NCBI GenBank assembly: GCA_022768785.1
Contig: JALELI010000125.1
Coordinates: forward strand, 1,865 to 65,864
Direction: 5' to 3'
Origin: Arcanobacterium sp.
GTDB lineage: Bacteria; Actinomycetota; Actinomycetes; Actinomycetales; Actinomycetaceae
Length of the DNA: 64,000 bases
This document shows, one piece after another, positions 39,429 to 48,880 of the stretch. The translations under genes and the position numbers were made by a program. How positions within the stretch are numbered: the first letter of the stretch is position 1; every line of letters begins with the position of its first letter. The notes beneath the pieces are model-generated. The model searched no databases and had not been told where the DNA came from. It was given only the letters and a program-made list of their open reading frames with translations.

Positions 39429-40340
39429 TTACAGTAGCCCCACATGGTGCAGCACAGCTTTTACGTGTGCCACATTTTCTCCTTCGAGTGCAGCTACGGG
39501 GCGTGGCATCTCGTTGGTTTCAAAAATTCCAAGCAGCTGTAGAGCAGTTTTGAAAGCACCAATTCCGGCGCCGAAACCCTGCACATCGCGCACCTGCACA
39601 ATGCGCATCAGATCGGCAAGGCGATCTTGCTCTTTGCGTACGGCGTTCCAGTCGTTTGCTTGGTAGGCATTCCATTGTTGCACATAGCCGTATGGGTCTA
39701 CATTGCCTAATCCAGGCACCGAGCCATCTGCACCGCTCATATAGGCGCCGTCTACTACTACTTCATGGCCGGTAAACAGTTGTAGTGGGTGGCCTGCTTC
39801 GTTGTTCAGAAGTGTGAGGAAACGGAAGCTAACGTCGTCGCCACTAGAATCTTTCACTCCTTGCAGCACTCCAGCTTTGGCGAGCTCAACGAGCATGGAA
39901 TTATCGAGTTTCCAATGCACGCACACAGGAATGTCGTAAGCCCAGATAGGAAGATCAGTGGCTTCGCGCAGTAGCTCAAAATGCTTGCGCACCTCACGAG
40001 GGCCTTGTAGAGCATAGAAAGGAGCGGTGGCCACTACGGCGTCTACTCCGATCTCTTCTGCTTGTTGAATATGCTCGATCACGCGCTCAGTTTCCGTGTC
40101 GATCACGCCAGCGAGAATAGGAATGCGCCCGTTCACAATACGGTGTGCTTCACGCAAGATTTGCCCACGGCGAGCATCGGTGGAAAACACCACTTCACCA
40201 CTGGAGCCTAATACGAAAAGCCCGTGGATTCCGGCGTCGATCATACGGTTGATATGCCGTTCCAGTGAGGGAATATCGAGAGCGCCATTTTTGAGTGGAA
40301 TGGTGAGAGGCGGCACTACGCCGCGCAGCGGCTGGTTCAT
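39429..40340 (-). CDS. nanA: N-acetylneuraminate lyase (DapA family)
   Basis: LGSSGEVVF, YDIPVCVH, GVKDSSGD (Schiff-base Lys); resembles the bifidobacterial NanA type; nan context. Confidence 0.82.
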   Translation of the reverse strand: MNQPLRGVVPPLTIPLKNGALDIPSLERHINRMIDAGIHGLFVLGSSGEVVFSTDARRGQILREAHRIVNGRIPILAGVIDTETERVIEHIQQAEEIGVDAVVATAPFYALQGPREVRKHFELLREATDLPIWAYDIPVCVHWKLDNSMLVELAKAGVLQGVKDSSGDDVSFRFLTLLNNEAGHPLQLFTGHEVVVDGAYMSGADGSVPGLGNVDPYGYVQQWNAYQANDWNAVRKEQDRLADLMRIVQVRDVQGFGAGIGAFKTALQLLGIFETNEMPRPVAALEGENVAHVKAVLHHVGLL

Positions 40341-40375
40341 AAATTTTCTCCTTGAATATGGATTAGCTCTGTGGA

Positions 40376-41236
40376 TTAAGAGAGGCCGGGGTGGAGCAGC
40401 GAGGGCGCCGCTCCAAGCAGCTTGCAGGTATAGGGATCTTTCGGGCTGCTCATAATTTCATGAGTGGGGCCTTCTTCCACCACGATGCCTTTATTCATCA
40501 CGGCGATCCGATCGGATATGTAGCGTACAGTTTGAATATCGTGGGAGATAAATACCATCGCAAGGCCAAGCTCTTGTTTGAGATCATTGAGCAGATTGAG
40601 GATTTGTGCCCGCACGGAAACGTCTAGGGCAGATGTGGGCTCATCGGCGATAATCGCTTTCGGGCCAAGAGAGAGCGCGCGAGCAATAGCAACGCGCTGG
40701 CGTTGCCCGCCCGAGAGTTGCCCAGGTAATGCCCCGAGTGCCGATAGTGGTAAACCAACAAGGCTGAGAAGTTCTCGAACGCGTTGATCGCGCTCTGCTT
40801 CACTGCCAACGTGATGTACGCGCAATGGATCTTTAAGCTGATCCTCAACGCTCATACGAGGATTTAACGCAGTGGCAGGATCTTGGAATACCACGCTCAC
40901 TACTTCACCAATATGACGGCGATCTTCAGTGGTGCGTTTTGTGACGTTTTTACCCATAAAACGCACGGTTCCTTTGGTGGCCACTTGAAGGCCGCACATC
41001 ACATTAGCAGTGGTGGATTTACCGCACCCGGATTCTCCCACGATGCCGAGCACTTTGCCAGGCATGATTTTCATATTGACGCCGCGCACGGCGCGCACAT
41101 AATTCGGCTTGAAAATCGAACCCGTACGAGCTTTGAAAGTCACTTCCACATCTTCTAATTCGATGATTGGCGTATCGGAATCTGCTCCTTGAGCTGCCGC
41201 AGTGACAGCTGACGATAACGGTTGTTCTGCTGCCAT
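40376..41236 (-). CDS. ABC transporter ATP-binding subunit (Dpp/Opp type; probable sialic-acid uptake)
   Basis: GESGCGKST, LSGGQRQRVAIARAL, IIADEPTSALD. Confidence 0.92.
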   Translation of the reverse strand: MAAEQPLSSAVTAAAQGADSDTPIIELEDVEVTFKARTGSIFKPNYVRAVRGVNMKIMPGKVLGIVGESGCGKSTTANVMCGLQVATKGTVRFMGKNVTKRTTEDRRHIGEVVSVVFQDPATALNPRMSVEDQLKDPLRVHHVGSEAERDQRVRELLSLVGLPLSALGALPGQLSGGQRQRVAIARALSLGPKAIIADEPTSALDVSVRAQILNLLNDLKQELGLAMVFISHDIQTVRYISDRIAVMNKGIVVEEGPTHEIMSSPKDPYTCKLLGAAPSLLHPGLS

Positions 41237-41238
41237 GT

Positions 41239-43317
41239 TCAGGCCTCCTCTCTTTCAGGAACATACTTGGGTGCTCGTTTATAGACGCCGGGTTTATCTG
41301 GCAGAGCGGCGTAAAAGTGTTGTGGGCCCACAAGCTCGAAACTGAGTGGGATATCTTCGCCGTAATCTGGGTGTGAAGAGCGGGGAGCGAAGCGATCTCC
41401 AGAGGGGAAATCTTTCGGTGATGGCACCACGCCAGGCACTTGGTGGAGACGCCCGGAGCCGCTCTCAATGGAGAGCACCGCACCGAGGAGGCCGCGTGTG
41501 TATTCGTGTACTGGATGCTCAAGAAGCTCCGATGTTGGAGCCTGCTCCACCACTTGCCCTGCATACATCACGGTGATCTTGTGAGCTACTTCGGCCACAA
41601 GCGCTAGATCGTGCGAAACAAAGACCATTGCGAAGCCGAGTTTTTCTCGGAGCTCGTTTAGCAAAGCGATCACTTGTTTCTGCACGGTTACATCGAGGGC
41701 AGTTGTTGGCTCATCGGCGATCACCAGTTTTGGATCGCGTGTGAGAGCCATAGCGATCAATACGCGCTGGCGTTGCCCACCAGAGAGCTCATGTGGATAG
41801 GATTCGAGCGTGCGCTTTGGATCGAGCCCCACGAGCTCCAGAAGTTCTTCCGCAGAGCGAGTGCCACCGCGGGAGGTGAGCTGCTTCATCTGAGACTTGA
41901 TGAGCATGGCTGGGTTGAGCGAGCTCAACGCATCTTGATAGATCATAGCCATTTCATAGCCGAGTAGCCGTTGGCGCTCTTTAGCCGGCATTGTTAGAAG
42001 ATCTTTGCCTTGATAGAGCACTTCTCCTTCAAACTCTGCGTGCGGATCAATCAATCCCATAATCGTTAGCGCTGTAATACTTTTACCGCAGCCAGATTCT
42101 CCAACGAGCCCCATTGTTTCTCCAGGGCGAACTGTGAAGCTCACGTGGTCTACCACATTGACGTCGCCATGCCGAGGGAATTTAATACAGAGGTTCTTCA
42201 CTTCAAGGAGTGGTGCGAGCCCATCAAATTGTTGATCGTCGAGCCGATCTGTGCGTTGATACTCCACAGCGCGCAGGGCGCTGAGGCGATCTTGTAAAGA
42301 TGCAGCTTGTTCTTCGTAAGAACGGCGAGGATCGAGCAGCAGGGCATCAGATTCTCGATCTGCGGTGTTTTGCTCCACATGTGCAGGTGCGGAAGCCGGA
42401 GCTGCAACCATCGCATCGGTGATTCCTTCAGAGAGAATATTGAGGCAGAGCACCGTTACCATAATGAGCAGACCGGGAAAGAGCGCTGTCCACCAAGCCC
42501 CATAGAGGATTGATCCGTTAGCTGAAGCGTCAGAGAGCACATTTCCCCAGGTGGGTACCATCACGGATTGTAGGCCTGAACCAATGAACGTGAGTGAGGC
42601 CTCTAAGATGATTGCGTCTGCCACGAGTACTGTGGTGAAAACGAGCACGGGCGCTGCAGTGTTGCGGATTACGTGGCGAATCAAGATCCAGGGGGCGCGG
42701 GCGCCAGAAACGATCACAGCGCGCACATAATCTTCGCCATACGCAGCCATGATGTTGGCTCTCACCACTCGAGCTAGCTGTGGAATGTAGACGAAAGAAA
42801 TCGCCACGACAATCACAAACACCAGCCCAACGCGGTTGCCGTTTTTGAAAAGCCCACCAAATACGAGCACCATCACTGCTGCCATAGCAATGCCTGGCAC
42901 AGCCATGATGATATCCATAATGCGCATGAGTATTTCAGAGATCCATTTGCGAGATACGGCTGCGATTGAGCCGATGATTGCTCCGAAAAATAGCGCGATA
43001 AGCGCTGAAGCGAGGCCAATCACGATAGAGTAGCGTCCGCCCATAAGCAAACGGGAGAGCACGTCGCGCCCAGCAAAATCAGTGCCGAGCAGATGGGAGC
43101 CGTTTGGGGCAGAGAGAATGGCCGTAGTATCCACGAAGTTGGGATCGTAGGGAGTAAACCATTGGGCGGTCATAGAGATGACGGCGATGAGCGCGATCGT
43201 GCACACAGCGAGTCGGGAGCTTAGGCTCATGGCGCGCCAGCGGCGGAAATGTATTTTGCGGCCTGATTCTAGCTGGCTTATCACATTTTGCTTAACGTTT
43301 GGATTCATGGATATCAC
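41239..43317 (-). CDS. Fused ABC permease + ATPase (DppC-DppD type)
   Basis: LLGTDFAGRDVLSR, EAA-like loop, then GESGCGKS and LSGGQRQR. Confidence 0.92.
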   Translation of the reverse strand: MISMNPNVKQNVISQLESGRKIHFRRWRAMSLSSRLAVCTIALIAVISMTAQWFTPYDPNFVDTTAILSAPNGSHLLGTDFAGRDVLSRLLMGGRYSIVIGLASALIALFFGAIIGSIAAVSRKWISEILMRIMDIIMAVPGIAMAAVMVLVFGGLFKNGNRVGLVFVIVVAISFVYIPQLARVVRANIMAAYGEDYVRAVIVSGARAPWILIRHVIRNTAAPVLVFTTVLVADAIILEASLTFIGSGLQSVMVPTWGNVLSDASANGSILYGAWWTALFPGLLIMVTVLCLNILSEGITDAMVAAPASAPAHVEQNTADRESDALLLDPRRSYEEQAASLQDRLSALRAVEYQRTDRLDDQQFDGLAPLLEVKNLCIKFPRHGDVNVVDHVSFTVRPGETMGLVGESGCGKSITALTIMGLIDPHAEFEGEVLYQGKDLLTMPAKERQRLLGYEMAMIYQDALSSLNPAMLIKSQMKQLTSRGGTRSAEELLELVGLDPKRTLESYPHELSGGQRQRVLIAMALTRDPKLVIADEPTTALDVTVQKQVIALLNELREKLGFAMVFVSHDLALVAEVAHKITVMYAGQVVEQAPTSELLEHPVHEYTRGLLGAVLSIESGSGRLHQVPGVVPSPKDFPSGDRFAPRSSHPDYGEDIPLSFELVGPQHFYAALPDKPGVYKRAPKYVPEREEA

Positions 43318-44306
43318 ACAGACCTAATACGTGGATTGATAAGCAGGTAAAGGAGATCAACAATAATATTGACCACAATAAATGCGAGAGCTACCACGAG
43401 GGCGGCGCCTTGCACCACTTCCACTTGGCTATTTTGCACTCCTTGCACCAGCACTTTGCCCATACCTCGGAGCCCGAAAATAATTTCGATCACCACGGCT
43501 CCGCCCATCAGATAGCCAACACGTAAGCCAAGCACTGTAACCGGAGTAATCAGAGCGTTGCGCAACACATTGCGCCCTACTACAACGGAGCGCGGGATTC
43601 CTGCTCCCAGGGCAGTGCGAACGTAATCTCGATCTAATTCTTCTACCATCGATGTGCGTACCACGCGCGTCATCTGGCCCACAACGGGAGTGGCGAGGGC
43701 CAGGGCGGGGAGGAACATACGTGCCATCCACCCGCCGAAATCTTCAAAAATCCCTGGCAGTTCGCCGGCTACTGGCAATCCTGTAATCCAGTAAAGGCCG
43801 ATGAGCACGAGCATGGTGGCGAGCCAGAAGCTCGGAGTGCCAATGAAGATCACAGAGAATACTCGAATCACTTGATCGGGCCAGCGATCACGGTAAAGAG
43901 CGGCGATCACTCCGAGTGGGAAAGAGATGAGAACGGCCAAAATAAGGCCAAAGAATGTGAGCTGCAGAGTGACGGGAAGGGCGGGGGCGATCAGGTCAGT
44001 TACATGGTGCCCAGTACCCACACCATAAATGCCGAAATCTCCGTGAAGCAATCCTATTAGGTAGTTGAAATAGCGAATAAAGACGGGAATGGGAGCGCCG
44101 GTTTTCGAGCCGTCGTCGGTGACGTATCCATGTTCAATATTGAATGCCTTTACCTGAGCAGGATCGGCAGCGTTATCTCCAAGAGCTGCCCAAGCTGGAT
44201 CAATGGGTGAGAGCTCCATGAGAAAAAAGACTAGAAGAGTTACGCCGATGGCCATGATTGGCAACGCAATCAAACGACGCACAATTAATCGCACAACATT
44301 ATTCAA
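43314..44306 (-). CDS. ABC transporter permease (DppB type)
   Basis: RTSMVEELDRDYVRTA..AG, RNALITPVTVLG, VVIEIIFG; TTG start. Confidence 0.92.
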   Translation of the reverse strand: MNNVVRLIVRRLIALPIMAIGVTLLVFFLMELSPIDPAWAALGDNAADPAQVKAFNIEHGYVTDDGSKTGAPIPVFIRYFNYLIGLLHGDFGIYGVGTGHHVTDLIAPALPVTLQLTFFGLILAVLISFPLGVIAALYRDRWPDQVIRVFSVIFIGTPSFWLATMLVLIGLYWITGLPVAGELPGIFEDFGGWMARMFLPALALATPVVGQMTRVVRTSMVEELDRDYVRTALGAGIPRSVVVGRNVLRNALITPVTVLGLRVGYLMGGAVVIEIIFGLRGMGKVLVQGVQNSQVEVVQGAALVVALAFIVVNIIVDLLYLLINPRIRSV

Positions 44307-44350
44307 TCTTTAACCCCTTTATGATGCCGCCAACTACTGTGGAAAGAGTG

Positions 44351-44382
44351 GGAGGGAGCGGACATAAAATCCCGCTCCCTCC
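44351..44382 (-). terminator. Stem-loop after the substrate-binding protein gene
   Basis: GGAGGGAGCGG...CCGCTCCCTCC 11-bp stem; typical SBP mRNA stabiliser or partial terminator. Confidence 0.6.
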
Positions 44383-44429
44383 TCATTTAGTTAGTTGGAG
44401 CCACGTATTGAGTGGGATCACTCTGCAGA

Positions 44430-46013
44430 CTACTTAACGGCCTTCACGCCGAGCAGCTGCAAACCTGTGGTGCCAATTGCCTTCACATCGCTCACCTTTG
44501 CGGGGTTATATGCGGTGTAGAGGGTGTGGAAAACTACTGGATAGATAGCGGCAGATTCGGCAGCGAGATCGAGCACATTGCCCCACTTAGCTTTGTATGC
44601 GTCTCCAGTGAGTTTGTCGGCCTCAGCGATGAGAGCCTTGAGCTTCTGATAGGTTGCGGGATCTGATTCTGCGAGGAACACGCGTTCTTTCAAGAAGAGA
44701 TCAGAGAAGTACCAGCCGCCGAGTTGGTTAGAGGGGCTCGGGCCAAACACGCCACTATCGCCGGGGGCGAGCAGAATGTCGTAAGTGCCTTGAGCCACAT
44801 CGTTGCTCCACACATCGCCAGATGCCTTGGTGGTGAGATTAACTTTTAGGCCTGCCGCTTCGAGATTTTGCTTGATCTGCGGCCCCATAGCAGCCACCCA
44901 TGCATCTGTAGTGACGATGAAGTTTACAGTTGCTCCAGCAGCGCCACCTTTTTCGAGGAGGGCTTTTGCTTTATTGACGTCGAAATCAAACTGTGTGGCG
45001 GCTTTCTTATAAACTGGGCTGGATTCTGGCAAGAAAGCAGTTGGTTTCACGCCGGCGCCACCAAGTGCGGTGCTGATGATGGTCTTAGTATCAATGGCTG
45101 TGAGAATCCCTTGGCGGGTGGCGGGTTTATCGAAAGGCGCTTTCTTGGTGTTAAAGAGCATGTTGGCGTAGCCATAGGCCGTTGCTTCTTCAACTTTCCA
45201 ACCAGCTTTTTTGAGTTGAGCCAGGCCGGCCGGGTCGGCAGATTCAACGATATCGGTGGTGCCGCTGATGGCAGCCGTTTGGCGCACTGTGGCATCGCGG
45301 GAGTTGTCGTAATGAATCTTTTCTACAGTGGCCGGAGTGGGGCCGTTGTAGTGCTCATTCACCGAGAGATCTTGGGCGATATCGGTGATCTTGTCGTACT
45401 TATATGGGCCGGAGCCTATTGGCATCTTGGTGAGTTGATCGAAAGTGGCTTTAGCCGGAACGATCTTCACCACAGCGAGCCGCTCTGGAAGAGCTTCCAC
45501 TGGATACTTGAGTTTGAGAGTGACGGTGGAATCATCTTTGGCCGTTACCGATTCAATAAACGGAACAAAAGCGGCATAGAAGCTGGGTTTCACGTCAGAA
45601 GCAGTGGAATCTCCTTTGATAACGCGCTCGAATGACGTTACTACGTCTTTTGAGGTGACGTTTGTGCCGTCGGAGAATTTGGCCCCATCGCGCAGCTTGA
45701 TTTCATAGGTTAAATCGCCCGCTTTGGTGGGAGTATCTTCTTGGGCGAGAGCTTTGTGGGCCGTGAAATTAGTGAAATCAAATTCATACAAGCCTTCGAT
45801 CACCTGTAGGTTGGCGCCCACGGCGAGTGCTGATGAAGTGTTTGAAGGATTCCAGTTAGTTGTATCGTATGCAGCAAATGCGTTAATGCTGCCAGAAGGC
45901 CCTTGAGCGGGTTTTTCTGTGTTTGGCTTATTGGCAGTGCCGCATGCGGAAAGAGCCATGGCGGTGGCGGCGAGGATTGCGCCGACTTTAGCCCAGCGTT
46001 TTCTTGAACGCAT
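44430..46013 (-). CDS. ABC substrate-binding lipoprotein (family 5), probable sialic-acid binding
   Basis: Lipobox LSAC, LRDGAKFSDG, PIGSGPYK; nan cluster context. Confidence 0.88.
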   Translation of the reverse strand: MRSRKRWAKVGAILAATAMALSACGTANKPNTEKPAQGPSGSINAFAAYDTTNWNPSNTSSALAVGANLQVIEGLYEFDFTNFTAHKALAQEDTPTKAGDLTYEIKLRDGAKFSDGTNVTSKDVVTSFERVIKGDSTASDVKPSFYAAFVPFIESVTAKDDSTVTLKLKYPVEALPERLAVVKIVPAKATFDQLTKMPIGSGPYKYDKITDIAQDLSVNEHYNGPTPATVEKIHYDNSRDATVRQTAAISGTTDIVESADPAGLAQLKKAGWKVEEATAYGYANMLFNTKKAPFDKPATRQGILTAIDTKTIISTALGGAGVKPTAFLPESSPVYKKAATQFDFDVNKAKALLEKGGAAGATVNFIVTTDAWVAAMGPQIKQNLEAAGLKVNLTTKASGDVWSNDVAQGTYDILLAPGDSGVFGPSPSNQLGGWYFSDLFLKERVFLAESDPATYQKLKALIAEADKLTGDAYKAKWGNVLDLAAESAAIYPVVFHTLYTAYNPAKVSDVKAIGTTGLQLLGVKAVK

Positions 46014-46079
46014 TTCGTTTCCTCTCCATTGAGTGAAATAAAATGTAAAACCGATCACAAAACCGGATATACTCAGCTT

Positions 46080-46097
46080 ATGTTGTCTGACAAATTT
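46080..46097. promoter_or_regulatory. Candidate NanR operator 1
   Basis: ATGTTGTCTGACAAATTT (core TTGTC-T-GACAA palindrome) in the SBP/regulator divergent region. Confidence 0.65.
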
Positions 46098-46859
46098 ACG
46101 CAAATAGTTTCGCGTAACGTTTTGGTTACGCCTGGAAATCCACAACCCGAACCCGAGCAATCAAGCAGATCTGACGATACGATACGGGCTATCAAGGCCT
46201 ATATGATTCAGCACCAGCTGCACCCAGGGGATCAGCTGCCAACCGAGGCAACTCTGTGCGCACAGCTCGGCGTATCTCGATCTAGTGTGCGCGAAGCCTT
46301 AAGGCGCTTAGAAGCTTTAGATATCGTAACGGTGCAGCAGGGGAGAGGCTCCTTCGTGGGGGAAATGACCCTGCAGCCGCTCATGGAGACGCTGTTTTTA
46401 AAAAACGCTCTCGATCCCTCTGGTGGAAAGCGCACACTGAGCGATATCACTCAAACGAGAATTGCGCTAGATCTTGGGGTTTCCTCTTCGATTGTTGCCG
46501 CTATGGCTGGCACCAGCAATCCTCAGCTCCACGACATCGTGGCCCGAATGTTGGAAAAAACTGCCCAGGGCCAGCTCTTTCCCGATGAGGATATCGCTTT
46601 CCACCAAGGTTTATTGGCTTATCTCGAAAACGATCTCATCTCACAACTTGTGGGCAGTATATGGTTTGTGCACCAAACGCTTTTTTCAAATTTAGATTCG
46701 CAATCGGCCACCGCCCACGATGAACTGATGGAGACGGCGCGTTCCCATGGAGAGATGCTCCACGCTGCGGAGACGGGTGATTTTGTGGGCTATATTGCCG
46801 CCGTCCACCGGCACTACGCTCCACTACAAAATCTTATTTCGCAGGCATTGGGCAGCTAA
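46080..46859 (+). CDS. nanR: FadR/GntR-family regulator of the nan cluster
   Basis: LPTEATLCAQLGVSRSSVREAL..LE wHTH plus FCD (DIAFHQGL); true start uncertain. Confidence 0.75.
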   Translation: MLSDKFTQIVSRNVLVTPGNPQPEPEQSSRSDDTIRAIKAYMIQHQLHPGDQLPTEATLCAQLGVSRSSVREALRRLEALDIVTVQQGRGSFVGEMTLQPLMETLFLKNALDPSGGKRTLSDITQTRIALDLGVSSSIVAAMAGTSNPQLHDIVARMLEKTAQGQLFPDEDIAFHQGLLAYLENDLISQLVGSIWFVHQTLFSNLDSQSATAHDELMETARSHGEMLHAAETGDFVGYIAAVHRHYAPLQNLISQALGS

Positions 46860-46865
46860 AATACA

Positions 46866-46883
46866 AAATTGGTCTGACAACAT
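46866..46883. promoter_or_regulatory. Candidate NanR operator 2 upstream of DUF4862 gene
   Basis: Reverse complement ATGTTGTCAGACCAATTT matches operator 1 at 16/18 positions. Confidence 0.65.
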
Positions 46884-47004
46884 TTCTCGTGTGGTACGCT
46901 TCTCACCACTGCGACTGTGCTCGCCAGAGCCCACCCGATAGCTTCCCCTAATACATGCATTGGCGCCGTAGGAACCGAACTGTAGAAATCAAAAGGAAAT
47001 CACA

Positions 47005-47943
47005 ATGAGCTACACTTCCACTCAACCGCCGTTTCTCATCGGTGCGTATGCTTCCACAAACGGAGAGTTAGACAGCCAAGAAGAATATTATGAACTGCTC
47101 GCAGCTGAGCCGTGGGTGGGCGGATTGGAAGTTCCCTATCTAGCCACTGGTCTACGCGAAGATCCCGCATGGTTTGCCGAGCGTATGGCGGCGGCTCCAG
47201 AGTTCGCCGTCAATGTGCTCACACCGATCCCTGGCGTGATGAGCCACATCGCAGACCGCACCTGGGGGATTGCATCACGTGATCGTGATGGGCGGGCTGC
47301 TGCGCTCGCATTCCTGCGCGCCGCAGCTGATACGATGTGCGATATCAATGATCGGCTCGGGCGGCGCTTCTTTCACTTTTTGGCCTTGCACACTGCCCCA
47401 CAAAAAGAAGCACACTCTGAAGCGTTGCTCCGCTCTCTCGAAGAGCTCCTTAGTTGGGATATCGACGGCGCTGCCCTCACCATCGAGCACTGCGACGCAT
47501 GGAGCTACGAGCACCCTGTGGAAAAGGGATTCTTGCAATTGCGCGAGGAATTAGCGGTGATCGCTGAGATAGGCGAGGCGAGTACAGGTGGCCTTTATTC
47601 ATCGTTGAACTGGGGACGTAGTGCGATCGAGGGGCGCAGTGCTGATCTGCCGTTGGAGCATATCCAGACGGTAGCTGCAAGTGGGTATTTGGGCGGTATG
47701 ATCCTCTCAGGGGCTCAGGATCGCTCAGACGGCATGTGGGGGCCGTGGGTAGACGCACATATTGGACTGCACGAGCACCAACCCGAATCAGTGCTCACTG
47801 AGGGAGCAGCTCGCCAGGCTTTTGCAGCTGCCCTCGCCGGAAACCCCCGCTATATTGGTGCAAAAATTTCAATCTCTACAGGAGCTAACTCCGAGCGTAT
47901 CGCTCGCCTGCGTGAACTGGCTGCTCTTGCTGGCCGTGCATAG
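47005..47943 (+). CDS. DUF4862-family protein (TIM-barrel-like, function unknown)
   Basis: FLIGAYAS, GLEVPY, LHTAP, IEHCDA, VEKGFL.L..E, NWGRSAIEGR pattern. Confidence 0.75.
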   Translation: MSYTSTQPPFLIGAYASTNGELDSQEEYYELLAAEPWVGGLEVPYLATGLREDPAWFAERMAAAPEFAVNVLTPIPGVMSHIADRTWGIASRDRDGRAAALAFLRAAADTMCDINDRLGRRFFHFLALHTAPQKEAHSEALLRSLEELLSWDIDGAALTIEHCDAWSYEHPVEKGFLQLREELAVIAEIGEASTGGLYSSLNWGRSAIEGRSADLPLEHIQTVAASGYLGGMILSGAQDRSDGMWGPWVDAHIGLHEHQPESVLTEGAARQAFAAALAGNPRYIGAKISISTGANSERIARLRELAALAGRA

Positions 47944-47975
47944 TGTTTCTGGCTGAGCCTTACCTGGCTAATTTG

Positions 47976-47997
47976 CTAGGGTAGCTAGCTGCCCTAG
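47976..47997. terminator. Hairpin after DUF4862 gene
   Basis: CTAGGGTAGCT/AGCTGCCCTAG imperfect palindrome between convergent genes. Confidence 0.4.
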
Positions 47998-48111
47998 GCT
48001 CTCACTGCACCTGGCCGTATCCGCATATGCCGCTCATGTTTTAACGCAGCGTGCACTGAACACATAAAACAACTCGGCCACGGTGAGACGCAGTTTTTAC
48101 TCACTAACGCG

Positions 48112-48154
48112 GCGTGCCAACCAACACTGCGTGCCAACCAACACTGCATGCCAA
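48112..48154. repeat. 17-bp tandem repeat, 2.5 copies
   Basis: GCGTGCCAACCAACACT x2 + GCATGCCAA, abutting the HD gene stop. Confidence 0.85.
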
Positions 48155-48880
48155 TTAGCGCGGCACCGCTGTTCGAGCCGTCCCCGCTACAATCTCTGCC
48201 AGCAGCCGCTGGAAATATTCATTCTGAAATGCAAGATTTGCAATCCAGAGTTTCTGGGCCGCCTCTGTGGAGCAATGGTAACGCTGTAACTCTTTGAGAG
48301 TGCCAAGATAGTTGAGCAGCCAAACTTTCTGCTTTTCACTGGAGAGTTCTAAGAAAGTGAAATGCTGCAGGGTGTCGAAAATACGATAAGCAGAGTAGCG
48401 GTCGATGTTGTCGCAATCCCCAATCGTGCGCGCCAGCACAGTAGGCTCTGATGTAAACGTTATATACGATGTGCCATGAGAATCTTTTTTGGTGCCTTGT
48501 TTATCTGGGCGTGCATTCCACAAACCATCAGTGTGCATAGCAATACCCTGAGCTAGCTCGTGGGCTTCCGCTGAATCCACGCCAGCCTTAAGGAGCAGAG
48601 GTTCGGCAATAAGTGCTCCTGCTCGCCCGTGATCTACTGGTTTTTGGGCGTCCCATTTGCCAATGTCGTGCAGCAAGCACCCAAGCTCAAGAAGCTCTGC
48701 ATCAAGACCCGCTGCCTCTGCCACTTGCCTGCCAATGGCAGCCACTCGCAAGCTGTGCTCAATGCGGTAGCGCCGAGTGCCCTCAGAGCGCTTTTTAATT
48801 GCGCCGAGATGAGCGCGCATCTGCGTTTCCATCGCAGCTCGCAAACTCAAGAAATCTGGGTAGTTGCCATAAGTTTTCAT
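48155..48880 (-). CDS. HD-domain phosphohydrolase
   Basis: EHSLRV...LLHDIGK...DHGRAG...MHT...DCDNID. Confidence 0.85.
   Translation of the reverse strand: MKTYGNYPDFLSLRAAMETQMRAHLGAIKKRSEGTRRYRIEHSLRVAAIGRQVAEAAGLDAELLELGCLLHDIGKWDAQKPVDHGRAGALIAEPLLLKAGVDSAEAHELAQGIAMHTDGLWNARPDKQGTKKDSHGTSYITFTSEPTVLARTIGDCDNIDRYSAYRIFDTLQHFTFLELSSEKQKVWLLNYLGTLKELQRYHCSTEAAQKLWIANLAFQNEYFQRLLAEIVAGTARTAVPR

Noticed and set aside
41239-43317. Permease-ATPase fusion as a novelty
   Set aside because: Already known in actinobacterial sialic-acid ABC transporters (Corynebacterium, Bifidobacterium)
44868-45635. 255-aa plus-strand ORF
   Set aside because: Antisense shadow of the substrate-binding protein gene
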